Source: Chitinophaga pinensis (lineage in GTDB: Bacteria; Bacteroidota; Bacteroidia; B-17B0; Aurantibacillaceae). Taken from it: DNA of 64,000 bases. Positions 10,655-19,676 of the stretch are shown here, one piece after another. The stretch's first letter is position 1. Every line of letters begins with the position of its first letter. Below the pieces are notes generated by a model that searched no databases, was not told the origin of the DNA, and saw only the letters and a program-made list of their open reading frames with translations. The stretch is from contig CAMCZO010000002.1 in the NCBI GenBank assembly GCA_945887955.1, forward strand, positions 16,941 through 80,940, in the 5' to 3' direction. The translations under genes were made by a program, and so were the position numbers.

Positions 10655-11515
10655 TTATTGTTTTTTTAATTGAATGTACTCTTCAAAACTCACTCCCATC
10701 ATAAATTCTTTTGAGTAAATAAATTCATAAACTTTATCTGACCATTCTTTGTGCGATTTAGTTTCGTCGAGAATTTTATAACTAAATGCTTTACTAAAAT
10801 GAATTTTAATTGTTTTTTTATCTGCTCTAAACATTTCTTTGGGTAACAAAATCATTTCAATATTTGCTTTGATACCAATTCTTTTTCTCCATAAAGCAAA
10901 ATTGTAAAAAAATTTAGAATTTTCACCTTCAATATATGTTGGTTGAATCATGCGTTTATGATCGATAGCTTGTGTAATAAACGTTTTTCTCCATTCCAGA
11001 TCTTTTACTAGGCCATTCTTTTTTCGAGAAACTAAGCCGGCAGGAAAAATTAACACTGCGTTACTCGAACGAAAAACTTGTTCCATTACTCGCAATGATT
11101 TGGTAGAAATAGAGCCGATTTTATTTACAGCTACAAAAATATCACCGTAATTATTTATTTTTTTAAGTACATCGTTTACAAAAAATCTCACATCAGGCCT
11201 AACTTCTCCAACTGCTTTTATAAGAGCCATACCATCTAAACCGCCCAAGGGATGATTAGAAACAATAGTTAATGGCCCTTCTTTAAGAATAAAATGTGAA
11301 TTTAAAGATTCAACTTTAGCTCCAATTTTCTCTAAACCTTTAGAATTAAACATTAAACCTTCTTCACCGTCAAGAAACAACATGGTTTTATTAATATCAT
11401 CTTCATGTAAGATTTTTTTTAACCAATTAACAGCAAAAAAAGGAAGCCACTTGTATAATTTAAAGACTTTTTCTTTTAAAATCTTTTCAATATCAATAAA
11501 CTTAGTATTATTCAT
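10655..11515 (-). CDS. PlsC-like glycerolipid/amino-lipid acyltransferase
   Basis: VSNHPLGGLDG (NHxxxxD) and IFPAGLVSR motifs. ATG 11515 (MNNTKFIDIEK) preferred. Confidence 0.85.
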   Translation of the reverse strand: MNNTKFIDIEKILKEKVFKLYKWLPFFAVNWLKKILHEDDINKTMLFLDGEEGLMFNSKGLEKIGAKVESLNSHFILKEGPLTIVSNHPLGGLDGMALIKAVGEVRPDVRFFVNDVLKKINNYGDIFVAVNKIGSISTKSLRVMEQVFRSSNAVLIFPAGLVSRKKNGLVKDLEWRKTFITQAIDHKRMIQPTYIEGENSKFFYNFALWRKRIGIKANIEMILLPKEMFRADKKTIKIHFSKAFSYKILDETKSHKEWSDKVYEFIYSKEFMMGVSFEEYIQLKKQ

Positions 11516-11564
11516 ATTTAAGTTGCCAAATATAAAGTAATTGTTTGTAAAATACATTAAGTAT

Positions 11565-12554
11565 TTATTCTGAAAAGGAGTGTTTACTATCAGGTAAAAC
11601 ATTTTCCATTTTCCATTCCAATTTTTTCACAAATTCAAAATTTCTTTCTTTACAAGAATTAATTTCACAAATTTTACAAGATAAAGGTAAACAAGGATCG
11701 GAATGAATAAAAAATTCAATTTCATTATCAAATTCAACTTTTGCTAATTGATCTAAAGCATCAACTTCGCGATGAGCTTCTTCAAGAGTATAATACCAAG
11801 GTAAGGTCATATGGCAATCCACATGAACGACAGAGCCATATTTTACAACCCTTAAATTATGAATATCAATCCAACTTGGCTTTCGATTACTATTTAAAAT
11901 AGAAATTAAATGTTTAATTTTAATATAGTCGGCTTTATCAAGTAGATTAAAAACCGATTCTTTTAATAATTGAAAACCAGTATAAATAATAAATAATCCT
12001 AAACCTATTGTGATAATATAATCTATAAAAAAAATATTCGTAAAATAAATAAGTATCAAACCAACGATTAAGCCAATGCTACTCCAAGTATCTGTTAACA
12101 GATGTTTTCCATCTGCAACTAATGCAGAAGAATTAAGTAAAGTTCCTTTTTTTATTAATATTTTTGCTAAAATAAAATTTACCAGTCCCGAAAAAAAGGA
12201 TATCAATATGCCTATTGTTAAGTTATCTATATTATTTGGATAAAAGAAAGCAGAAATGCCTTTCAATACCATGACAATTCCAGCTAATGTTATCATTCCC
12301 CCTTCAACACCAGTAGAAAAAAATTCGATTTTACCATGCCCATAAGGATGGTCTTCATCTTTTGGTTTTGAAGCAAAATACAAACTATATAAAGCAAAAG
12401 AACCTGCTAAAACATTAACAATAGATTCGATTGCATCAGTTAAAATAGCATTAGAATGGGTAAGATAAAAAGCAAGAAACTTTAAAGCCATTAACAAAAA
12501 ACCAATTACTAAAACCCATTTCATGGTTTTAATTTTATTTTTATGATAATTCAT
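11565..12554 (-). CDS. Cation diffusion facilitator family transporter
   Basis: SNAILTDAIES, DEDHPYGHGKIE, ADGKHLLTD, HVDCH motifs. Confidence 0.93.
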   Translation of the reverse strand: MNYHKNKIKTMKWVLVIGFLLMALKFLAFYLTHSNAILTDAIESIVNVLAGSFALYSLYFASKPKDEDHPYGHGKIEFFSTGVEGGMITLAGIVMVLKGISAFFYPNNIDNLTIGILISFFSGLVNFILAKILIKKGTLLNSSALVADGKHLLTDTWSSIGLIVGLILIYFTNIFFIDYIITIGLGLFIIYTGFQLLKESVFNLLDKADYIKIKHLISILNSNRKPSWIDIHNLRVVKYGSVVHVDCHMTLPWYYTLEEAHREVDALDQLAKVEFDNEIEFFIHSDPCLPLSCKICEINSCKERNFEFVKKLEWKMENVLPDSKHSFSE

Positions 12555-12579
12555 TTCAATTGTTTAATAAAAAAATTAT

Positions 12580-14355
12580 TTATTTAACAAGGATTTCAAA
12601 AGGCAGTCTTGCTTGTATTCCAATTAAATTTGAAACTTGCTGTAATTGTTTAAAATATAAATAAGTTGGACCAAGTTGTTTTTTTATAATTCGTGTTTCT
12701 AATTCAGATTCTTTTTGGCCTAAAATTTCGTCTAATTGATTTATTAACTTAGGTAATTCAATTAATTTATAATCTTTTAAATTAGCTTTTTTAGCTGCGA
12801 AAGCAATGGCATCATTCAAGCCACCAATTTCATCAACTAAATTAATTTTAAGAGCGTCAATACCAGTCCATACTCTACCCTGTCCTATACTATCTACATC
12901 TGATTGCTTCATTTTTCTTCCTTCTGCTACACGTTTAGTAAATGTATCGTAAACCTTTTCTACTCCATTTTGAATAAACCTATATTCAAAATCATTTATA
13001 GATCTTAATCCACTTCCAACATCACTATATTTATTAGTATTAACTGTATCAATAGTTATTCCAATTTTATTTTCGAGCATCCTTTGTAAATTTGGAATAA
13101 TACCAAATACACCTATTGATCCAGTAATCGTATTAGGTTGAGCAAAAATTTTATCTGCAGCGCAACTAATATAGTATCCTCCGCTTGCAGCTAAATCTCC
13201 CATACTTACAATCACGGGTTTTGATTTTTTAGACAAATAAACTTCGCGCCAAATTACATCGCTCGCTAATGCACTGCCTCCAGGAGAATTAACTCGTAAA
13301 ACAATAGCCTTAACCTTATCATCAAGTCTCGCTTCTTTAATAGCTTTTGCAATTCTATCGCTTCCAATTTCATTATCGTTTCCATTACCACTTGAAATAC
13401 TTCCATTTAAATAAATAACAGCAATTTTAGAATTAATTGCCTTGGAATTAAATGTTTTTTTAGACTCATATTTTTCTAAAGCAATAAACTGTGTTTTTTC
13501 ATTTTCTTTTATCCCTATTTTTTTCTTTAATTCAAGAATTACTTCATCTTCGTAAGCTAAAGCATCAATCATATTACCTAAAGCATCTTCTGGAAATTGA
13601 ATTTTTAATCCGTTAGCCATTAAATTCAATTGCTGAACACTTATTTTGCGATCTTTTGATATTTCTGATAACATCGAATTCCAAATGCTATTTAAAAAAA
13701 TTTCAGATTGAAAGCGATTGGCCTGACTCATCTTATTTAATAAAAATGGTTCAACAGCACTCTTAAATTTACCATGTCTAAAAACTTGAATGTCTAAATC
13801 TAATTTATCAAAAGCATTTTTGAAAAACATTAAACTCATACTTAATCCCTTCCAATCAAAGCTACCTTGAGGATTTAAAAATATTTTATTGGAAACCGAT
13901 GCCAAAAAATATTCTTTTTGACTATAATTTTCAGCATAAGTATAAATAAACTTTCCAGATTTTTTAAAATCAGATAAGGCATTTCTAAATTCTTGAAGAC
14001 TTGCAAATCCAGCATCAATATTTTTAAAAACTAAATAAATTCCTTTTATTTTAGTGTCATTCTTAGCGAAATTTATTTTTTCAACTAAAGAATTTAAACC
14101 CATTCCGCCATCTCCAGATAAAGATGATAAAGCTCCGAAATCTTTAAAAATATTTTCTTTTTCTCTCTCAATAATTGTTCCATCTAAAATGATTTTTAAT
14201 ATTGAATTAGATTGTAATTCAATTTTATCGTCGTTATTTTCTAAAACAGAGTTAAAACTAGACTTAATAACACCAATAATTATCAAAATTGCTAAAACTG
14301 TAGCAATTATTAAACCGATAATTGAACCGAAAAAAGCACCAAAAAATTGTTTCAT
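12580..14355 (-). CDS. sppA: Signal peptide peptidase SppA (67K type)
   Basis: RHGKFKSAVEP, LRVNSPGGSALAS, SMGDLAASGGYYIS, TITGSIGV, GQGRVWTG. ATG 14355 preferred. Confidence 0.96.
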   Translation of the reverse strand: MKQFFGAFFGSIIGLIIATVLAILIIIGVIKSSFNSVLENNDDKIELQSNSILKIILDGTIIEREKENIFKDFGALSSLSGDGGMGLNSLVEKINFAKNDTKIKGIYLVFKNIDAGFASLQEFRNALSDFKKSGKFIYTYAENYSQKEYFLASVSNKIFLNPQGSFDWKGLSMSLMFFKNAFDKLDLDIQVFRHGKFKSAVEPFLLNKMSQANRFQSEIFLNSIWNSMLSEISKDRKISVQQLNLMANGLKIQFPEDALGNMIDALAYEDEVILELKKKIGIKENEKTQFIALEKYESKKTFNSKAINSKIAVIYLNGSISSGNGNDNEIGSDRIAKAIKEARLDDKVKAIVLRVNSPGGSALASDVIWREVYLSKKSKPVIVSMGDLAASGGYYISCAADKIFAQPNTITGSIGVFGIIPNLQRMLENKIGITIDTVNTNKYSDVGSGLRSINDFEYRFIQNGVEKVYDTFTKRVAEGRKMKQSDVDSIGQGRVWTGIDALKINLVDEIGGLNDAIAFAAKKANLKDYKLIELPKLINQLDEILGQKESELETRIIKKQLGPTYLYFKQLQQVSNLIGIQARLPFEILVK

Positions 14356-14363
14356 TATATTTG
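14356..14363 (+). promoter_or_regulatory. -7 element TATATTTG for folK, directly abutting the divergent sppA start codon
   Basis: Exact TAnnTTTG 49 nt upstream of folK ATG 14413. Confidence 0.55.
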
Positions 14364-14412
14364 TATTTTGAACAAAATTAAACATATTAATGATTTTACA
14401 TCAATTGAAATT

Positions 14413-14901
14413 ATGAATATTGCCTTTTTATCAATTGGTGGTAATATTAACAATCGCCTACAAAACCTAAAACTTTGCTTAGAATTAGTTAATATGAACT
14501 GTGGATCTATTGAAAACAAATCGAATATATACGAAACAGAACCCTGGGGAGTAAACTCTAAAAACAAATACTTAAACCAAACCATCAAATTATTAACCCC
14601 TCTTAGCCCAAAAGAACTTTTAAATTCTATTCAATCAATAGAATTAAAAATGGGTAGACAAAGAACAGAAAATCAATATTCCGACCGAATAATTGATATT
14701 GATATTCTTGCATTTAACAATCAAATTATTGATGAAGTTGATTTGAAAGTGCCTCATCCTCGTTTACATTTAAGAAAATTTGTACTTGTTCCATTAATAG
14801 AAATAGAACCTAATTGGGAACATCCAATTTCATTGCATAAAATCTCAAAATTAATGAGTTTGTGTAAAGACACCTCTGAAATCTTAATATACAAAGAGTA
14901 A
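14413..14901 (+). CDS. folK: 2-amino-4-hydroxy-6-hydroxymethyldihydropteridine diphosphokinase
   Basis: FLSIGGNI, YETEPWG, YLNQ, IELKMGRQR, DRIIDIDIL, VPHPRLHLRKFVLVPL. Confidence 0.95.
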   Translation: MNIAFLSIGGNINNRLQNLKLCLELVNMNCGSIENKSNIYETEPWGVNSKNKYLNQTIKLLTPLSPKELLNSIQSIELKMGRQRTENQYSDRIIDIDILAFNNQIIDEVDLKVPHPRLHLRKFVLVPLIEIEPNWEHPISLHKISKLMSLCKDTSEILIYKE

Positions 14902-15016
14902 AAGCGATAAAATAAAAATTTTTATATTTTTAACTCATAAAAAAATAAAAATACACTAAACATAATTTTGTTCAATGTATGAAATAATATAACTTTAAAC
15001 ATATTTTATTTGATTT

Positions 15017-15340
15017 ATGAAAACAACAGAAATAACTTTTAAAGTCACTGTCGACGAAAATAATTTACCAATCAATATTAACTGGGCGACAACAGATTCT
15101 GGCGAAAAAAGTGAATGTAAAAGTGTAATGATTTCTCTTTGGGATACAAAAGAAAACAACACGCTTCGAATTGATTTATGGACAAAAGACATGATGGTAG
15201 ATGAAATGAAAAAATTTTATCATCAAAACATAATAACCTTGACAGATACTTATTTAAGAGCAACCGGTGACGAAGCGACAACTAAAAAAGTAAAACATTT
15301 TTTCTCAGAAATCGGTAAAGATATTGGCGTATTACAATAA
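15017..15340 (+). CDS. gldC: Gliding motility protein GldC
   Basis: ITFKVTVDENNLP..W, MISLWD..ENNTLRIDLWTKDMMVDEMKKFYHQ. Confidence 0.92.
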   Translation: MKTTEITFKVTVDENNLPININWATTDSGEKSECKSVMISLWDTKENNTLRIDLWTKDMMVDEMKKFYHQNIITLTDTYLRATGDEATTKKVKHFFSEIGKDIGVLQ

Positions 15341-15653
15341 AATTAATCTTTATTTGAAGTTAAATTATTATATAAAATAACTAATTGAAATTAATTTCTT
15401 TGTTAATTTGGTTGAACTGATTCATTAATCCAAATTCAATTCTAAAGTATTTATTGATAAAATATTCAACCGGATAAAAACGATTTCAATCAAAATTTGA
15501 TATGTTATTATTTGTAACGAATACCTGGTAAGACAATTCTTGTCATTTGTCCGAAGAAAAAAAGTAAAAAAAAAGAAGAAATAAAATAGAATTATAATAA
15601 AAACTTGTTCTTAAATTTCTATTAATTATTAGATTGATACTAAATTAATTTGA

Positions 15654-16193
15654 CTACAAACCAAGAGGTTTAAAAAAGCTAAAATTTACGTTTCCATATT
15701 TTCGAAGTTGCTCAAAACCTAGTAAATCATCTAGTTTTGTTTTTGGTCCGTGTTCTATTATTAATAAGCCATTTTCAGATAGTAAGTTACTTTGAAATAC
15801 CAATTCGTGAATTTTTGTAATATCTAATAGATCATAAGGAGGATCAGCAAAAATAATATCGAATTTTAAGTTGCATTTTTTTAAAAACTCAAAAACATCT
15901 GTTTTTAAAGCATTTATTTCTAAATTTAATTCTTTAGTTATAGATCTTAAAAATCCAACGCATTTAAAGTTTTTATCTACACTAATAATTGAGCAATTAC
16001 CCCTTGAAGCAAACTCTAAAGAAATATGACCCGTTCCACTAAACAAATCTAAGACCTTTAAATTATCAAAATCTATGCTATTTGATAAAATATTAAATAA
16101 AGCTTCTTTTGCAAAATCAGTAGTTGGCCGAACGGGTAAATCTTTAGGCAACTTAATTACCTTTCCTTTGAACTTACCACCTATAATTCGCAT
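15654..16193 (-). CDS. rsmD: RsmD-family RNA methyltransferase
   Basis: MRIIGGKFKG, VRPTTDFAKEALFN, LDLFSGTG, FADPPY. Confidence 0.92.
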   Translation of the reverse strand: MRIIGGKFKGKVIKLPKDLPVRPTTDFAKEALFNILSNSIDFDNLKVLDLFSGTGHISLEFASRGNCSIISVDKNFKCVGFLRSITKELNLEINALKTDVFEFLKKCNLKFDIIFADPPYDLLDITKIHELVFQSNLLSENGLLIIEHGPKTKLDDLLGFEQLRKYGNVNFSFFKPLGL

Positions 16194-17044
16194 AAATGTT
16201 GGTTTAAAAGGGTAAAGTAATAATGCTGTGGCAATTTAGAAATCTCCTCATTTAAATGAATTTCTTTATCAGCAATACAAAAATTAAGATTTTTAATGTA
16301 TTTATTAATATTATTTATCAATTCGTCGGTAACAGGTAAATGACAAGCAACTGTTAATTTAACCAATAAGGGATTTAGATTAAACTGTTCCATTGTAAAC
16401 AACAAATAATATAATATGTCTTCATTAGTATCAAAATTAAACACATTATAAAATATAAATTTATTATTTTCTTTAATTCCAATTTCAATAAAACCATCCA
16501 AAATATTTAAAAACAAATCGCAGCCAATTAACGAGTGTTGACCAAACATTAAATTAATCAAAACTGCTCCAGAATGTCTAATAGAGGCATTAGGAAATGT
16601 TTTCTCAAGTAAACCTAATAACTCAAGGTTTGTAGAAAAATAAAATTTAAAATCAGCAAATTGATGAAAAAAAGTTTGAATATCTTGAAAATTTCCATTG
16701 GAAAAATTTAATAGTGATTTTAATTCGCTAGTTGAAGAATATGCTTCAGGGACAATTGTAAAATCAGAATTTAAAATAGCAATATTAACCTTTTCAAACT
16801 TTTTTTGATTCAATAAATAAGTCTCTATTAAATAAGAATAATGATTTGAAATAGAAAAAGTACTTCTTGAATTATCAATTTCAATATGACCCAACTCAAT
16901 AATTTGATTAAATTGATGAGTAGAAATTGAATAAATAAAAGTATTTGAATTTATAAATAAAGACAAAAATAATGGAGATTCAACTGAAGAAATTGGAGCG
17001 TAATGATATTTAACTTTATGTTGTTCGCTAATCATAATTAACAA
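16181..17044 (-). CDS. DUF3822 family protein
   Basis: FTIVPE, FYNVFNFDTNEDILYYLLFTMEQ; typical position immediately upstream of rsmD in Bacteroidota (13-bp overlap). Confidence 0.8.
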   Translation of the reverse strand: MLIMISEQHKVKYHYAPISSVESPLFLSLFINSNTFIYSISTHQFNQIIELGHIEIDNSRSTFSISNHYSYLIETYLLNQKKFEKVNIAILNSDFTIVPEAYSSTSELKSLLNFSNGNFQDIQTFFHQFADFKFYFSTNLELLGLLEKTFPNASIRHSGAVLINLMFGQHSLIGCDLFLNILDGFIEIGIKENNKFIFYNVFNFDTNEDILYYLLFTMEQFNLNPLLVKLTVACHLPVTDELINNINKYIKNLNFCIADKEIHLNEEISKLPQHYYFTLLNQHLCEL

Positions 17045-17107
17045 ATTTAAGATATTATTAAGAAACCTTTTAAACTATCATTATTTTTAGTCGATTAAAC
17101 CTTTTTG

Positions 17108-17115
17108 TATATTTG
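17108..17115 (+). promoter_or_regulatory. -7 element TATATTTG
   Basis: Exact consensus 36 nt upstream of ATG 17152. Confidence 0.6.
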
Positions 17116-17151
17116 TATTCAAATGTATTATTAACCTTTAAAAAAAAGTTT

Positions 17152-18087
17152 ATGAAATCAACATTCTTTTCAAAATTATTCATTTTTTTATTACTATTCA
17201 GTTTTATTACAATTAGTAGTTGTAAGAAAAAAGAAAAAGAGGTAATTGAAGAAGACACAGAACAATCAACATTAGAAGACAATAACTTAGCTGAAAGTAG
17301 TGTTAATGACATTGAATCAATCGGAAGTCAATTATCTGAAAATAGCACGCTAACAACATATAAAACAAATGGTACAGATATTTTACCAATAGCTCCATGT
17401 GCCACAGTTACTGGTATTGGAACAAAAACCATCACAGTCAATTTTGGTTCAGACTCATCTGGTTGTATTGGATTAGATGGCAGAACACGCAAAGGAAAAT
17501 TAATTTATACGAATAATAGCCCAATTAATGTTTTATACTACCGAAATCCTGGATTTAGTATTAGTGTTTATTCAGATAACTATTTTGTAGATGGAAATAA
17601 AATTAACATTAACAATAAATCAGTTACAAACACAACTCCTAATAGTTTACCTGTTGGAACTAATCCTGGAATTAACTTAACTTGGTCTATAAGCGCTAAT
17701 GTTTCTATAATTAAAGCAAATAATGCTGGAACTTGTTCATGGATATGCAACCGAACAAAAGAATTAATTAACACTAGCGATCCTCTTTGCTATAAAGGTC
17801 AAACGCAAGCAATAGATTGGAATTTAGCTCAAATTAAAATTAATGGTAGTACATCAGGAACAAACGCAAAAGGAGAAAATTTTGTATCAACAGCTACAGA
17901 TTTAATTAAAGATCATACCTGCCATCCAGATCCATCTCGGCCAAAACGTACACCATTTATTAGCGGTACACTTGCCTATACCCCTGGCACTAGAGCTACT
18001 AGATTAATTGATTTTGGTAATAAAACTTGTGATTTTAATGCAACTTTTACTCTAAAAGGTCAAACTTATATGATTACCCTTAAATAA
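17152..18087 (+). CDS. Uncharacterised lipoprotein
   Basis: Signal peptide II (..FITISS-C) followed by KKKEKEVIEED; beta-rich body with NFG..GCIGLDGRTRKGK and IDFGNKTCD. Confidence 0.85.
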   Translation: MKSTFFSKLFIFLLLFSFITISSCKKKEKEVIEEDTEQSTLEDNNLAESSVNDIESIGSQLSENSTLTTYKTNGTDILPIAPCATVTGIGTKTITVNFGSDSSGCIGLDGRTRKGKLIYTNNSPINVLYYRNPGFSISVYSDNYFVDGNKININNKSVTNTTPNSLPVGTNPGINLTWSISANVSIIKANNAGTCSWICNRTKELINTSDPLCYKGQTQAIDWNLAQIKINGSTSGTNAKGENFVSTATDLIKDHTCHPDPSRPKRTPFISGTLAYTPGTRATRLIDFGNKTCDFNATFTLKGQTYMITLK

Positions 18088-18107
18088 ATCTATTTTTCAT
18101 CATTTTT

Positions 18108-18136
18108 AAGCCACTCCCAAAGAGTGGCTTTTTTTG
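18108..18136 (+). terminator. Intrinsic terminator
   Basis: AAGCCACTC-CCAAA-GAGTGGCTT stem-loop followed by a T-tract. Confidence 0.88.
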
Positions 18137-18140
18137 TTTA

Positions 18141-18148
18141 TATATTTG
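18141..18148 (+). promoter_or_regulatory. -7 element TATATTTG for the RecD-like gene
   Basis: Exact consensus between the terminator and ATG 18156 (very short leader). Confidence 0.6.
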
Positions 18149-18155
18149 AGCATCA

Positions 18156-19580
18156 ATGAAAAAAAATGACGAACAATATGAATTTACACAGCTTATTCCA
18201 TTTTTTTTACCATTTATACCCAATTCAGATCAAAATTCAGCAATCGAACTTCTTACTAACTTTATTTTTAACGACGAAACGCGAAGCTTATTTATATTAA
18301 AAGGTTATGCCGGTACTGGAAAAACAAATCTTATTTCAGCTTTAACAAAAGCTTTACCAAGTATCAGGTGGAGAAGTGTTTTATTAGCACCAACTGGAAG
18401 AGCGGCAAAAGTATTAAGCAACTATTCTCAAAGACAAGCCCATACCATCCATAAAAAAATTTTCAGAAAAGAATTTTCCAATGATGGAATCATACGATTT
18501 TCATTATCTGAAAATTTACATAGTCAAACCTTGTTTATTGTAGATGAGGCTTCGATGATAGGAACAGATAAGGCAGATGGAAAATTATTTAATAGTTTAT
18601 TAGAAAATTTATTTGAATACGTTTATAGTGGTAAAAATTGTAAATTAATACTCATAGGAGATACAGCTCAATTGCCACCAGTAGGAAGTAACGAAAGCCC
18701 TGCATTAAATGAAGATTACTTAAAATCAGCATTTCATTTATCCATAAAATCATTCGAGTTAAAAGAAGTGGCTAGACAAAGATTAGAAAGCGGAATATTA
18801 TTAAATGCAACAAATTTGAGAAACATAATTATAAAAAACACATTTAAGTTCCCTAAATTAATTTGCGGAACCGATATTTTAGCTTTAACGGGAGAGGAAT
18901 TGGAAGACACCTTAACTAGTAGTCTTTCTAAATATGGTGAAGACAACGTGATTATTATAACAAGAAGCAATAAAAGAGCCAATTTATTTAATCAAAACTT
19001 CAGAAACAGAATAAAATTATTCGAAGAAGATTTAAATACCGGCGACAAGTTAATGATAGTAAAAAACAATTATTATTGGCTACATGAAAATAATGGTGAT
19101 GCAGGCTTTATTGCAAATGGAGACATGGCGGAGATTACCAGAATTTTAAACCGAGAACAAGTTTATGGTTTTAATTTTTGCGACTGTATTATTCGTTTAT
19201 GTGACTATCCAAATATGGCTGAACAGCAAGTTAAATTAATTACCGATTCATTGTATACCGGCAGTCCAGCGCTGAATCAAGAAGAACAAAAAAAGTTATA
19301 TGAAGCTGTATTAAATGATGTTCAAAACGAACCCATAAAGTCTATTCGAATGGCATATCTCAAAAATAGTCCATATTACAATGCTCTTCAAGTAAAGTTT
19401 AGTTATGCCATTACCTGTCATAAATCTCAGGGGGGACAATGGCCTATTGTTTTTATAGATCAAGGTTTTTTAACTGAAGAAAACATAGATTATGGATTTT
19501 TAAGATGGCTTTATACTGCTATTACTAGGGCAACAGAAAAAGTTTATCTTATTAATTTTAATTCGAAATTTTTTAACTAA
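18156..19580 (+). CDS. RecD-like SF1 helicase / ATP-dependent exoDNase family
   Basis: GYAGTGKT, LAPTGRAAK, IVDEASM, GDTAQLPPV, YAITCHKSQG, YTAITRA. Confidence 0.9.
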   Translation: MKKNDEQYEFTQLIPFFLPFIPNSDQNSAIELLTNFIFNDETRSLFILKGYAGTGKTNLISALTKALPSIRWRSVLLAPTGRAAKVLSNYSQRQAHTIHKKIFRKEFSNDGIIRFSLSENLHSQTLFIVDEASMIGTDKADGKLFNSLLENLFEYVYSGKNCKLILIGDTAQLPPVGSNESPALNEDYLKSAFHLSIKSFELKEVARQRLESGILLNATNLRNIIIKNTFKFPKLICGTDILALTGEELEDTLTSSLSKYGEDNVIIITRSNKRANLFNQNFRNRIKLFEEDLNTGDKLMIVKNNYYWLHENNGDAGFIANGDMAEITRILNREQVYGFNFCDCIIRLCDYPNMAEQQVKLITDSLYTGSPALNQEEQKKLYEAVLNDVQNEPIKSIRMAYLKNSPYYNALQVKFSYAITCHKSQGGQWPIVFIDQGFLTEENIDYGFLRWLYTAITRATEKVYLINFNSKFFN

Positions 19581-19629
19581 ACGTGATAAGCATTATTAAT
19601 CGAATTAATCTATTCGTAATTATTTTAAT

Positions 19630-19637
19630 TATATTTG
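19630..19637 (+). promoter_or_regulatory. -7 element TATATTTG
   Basis: Exact consensus 39 nt upstream of ATG 19677. Confidence 0.6.
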
Positions 19638-19676
19638 TTAAAGAACTGTTCTAGTAAAATAATAAAAAAAAGAAAT

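Noticed and set aside
14054-14588. ORFs 14054..14371(+) and 14355..14588(-)
   Set aside because: Antisense to sppA and folK; no recognisable motifs.
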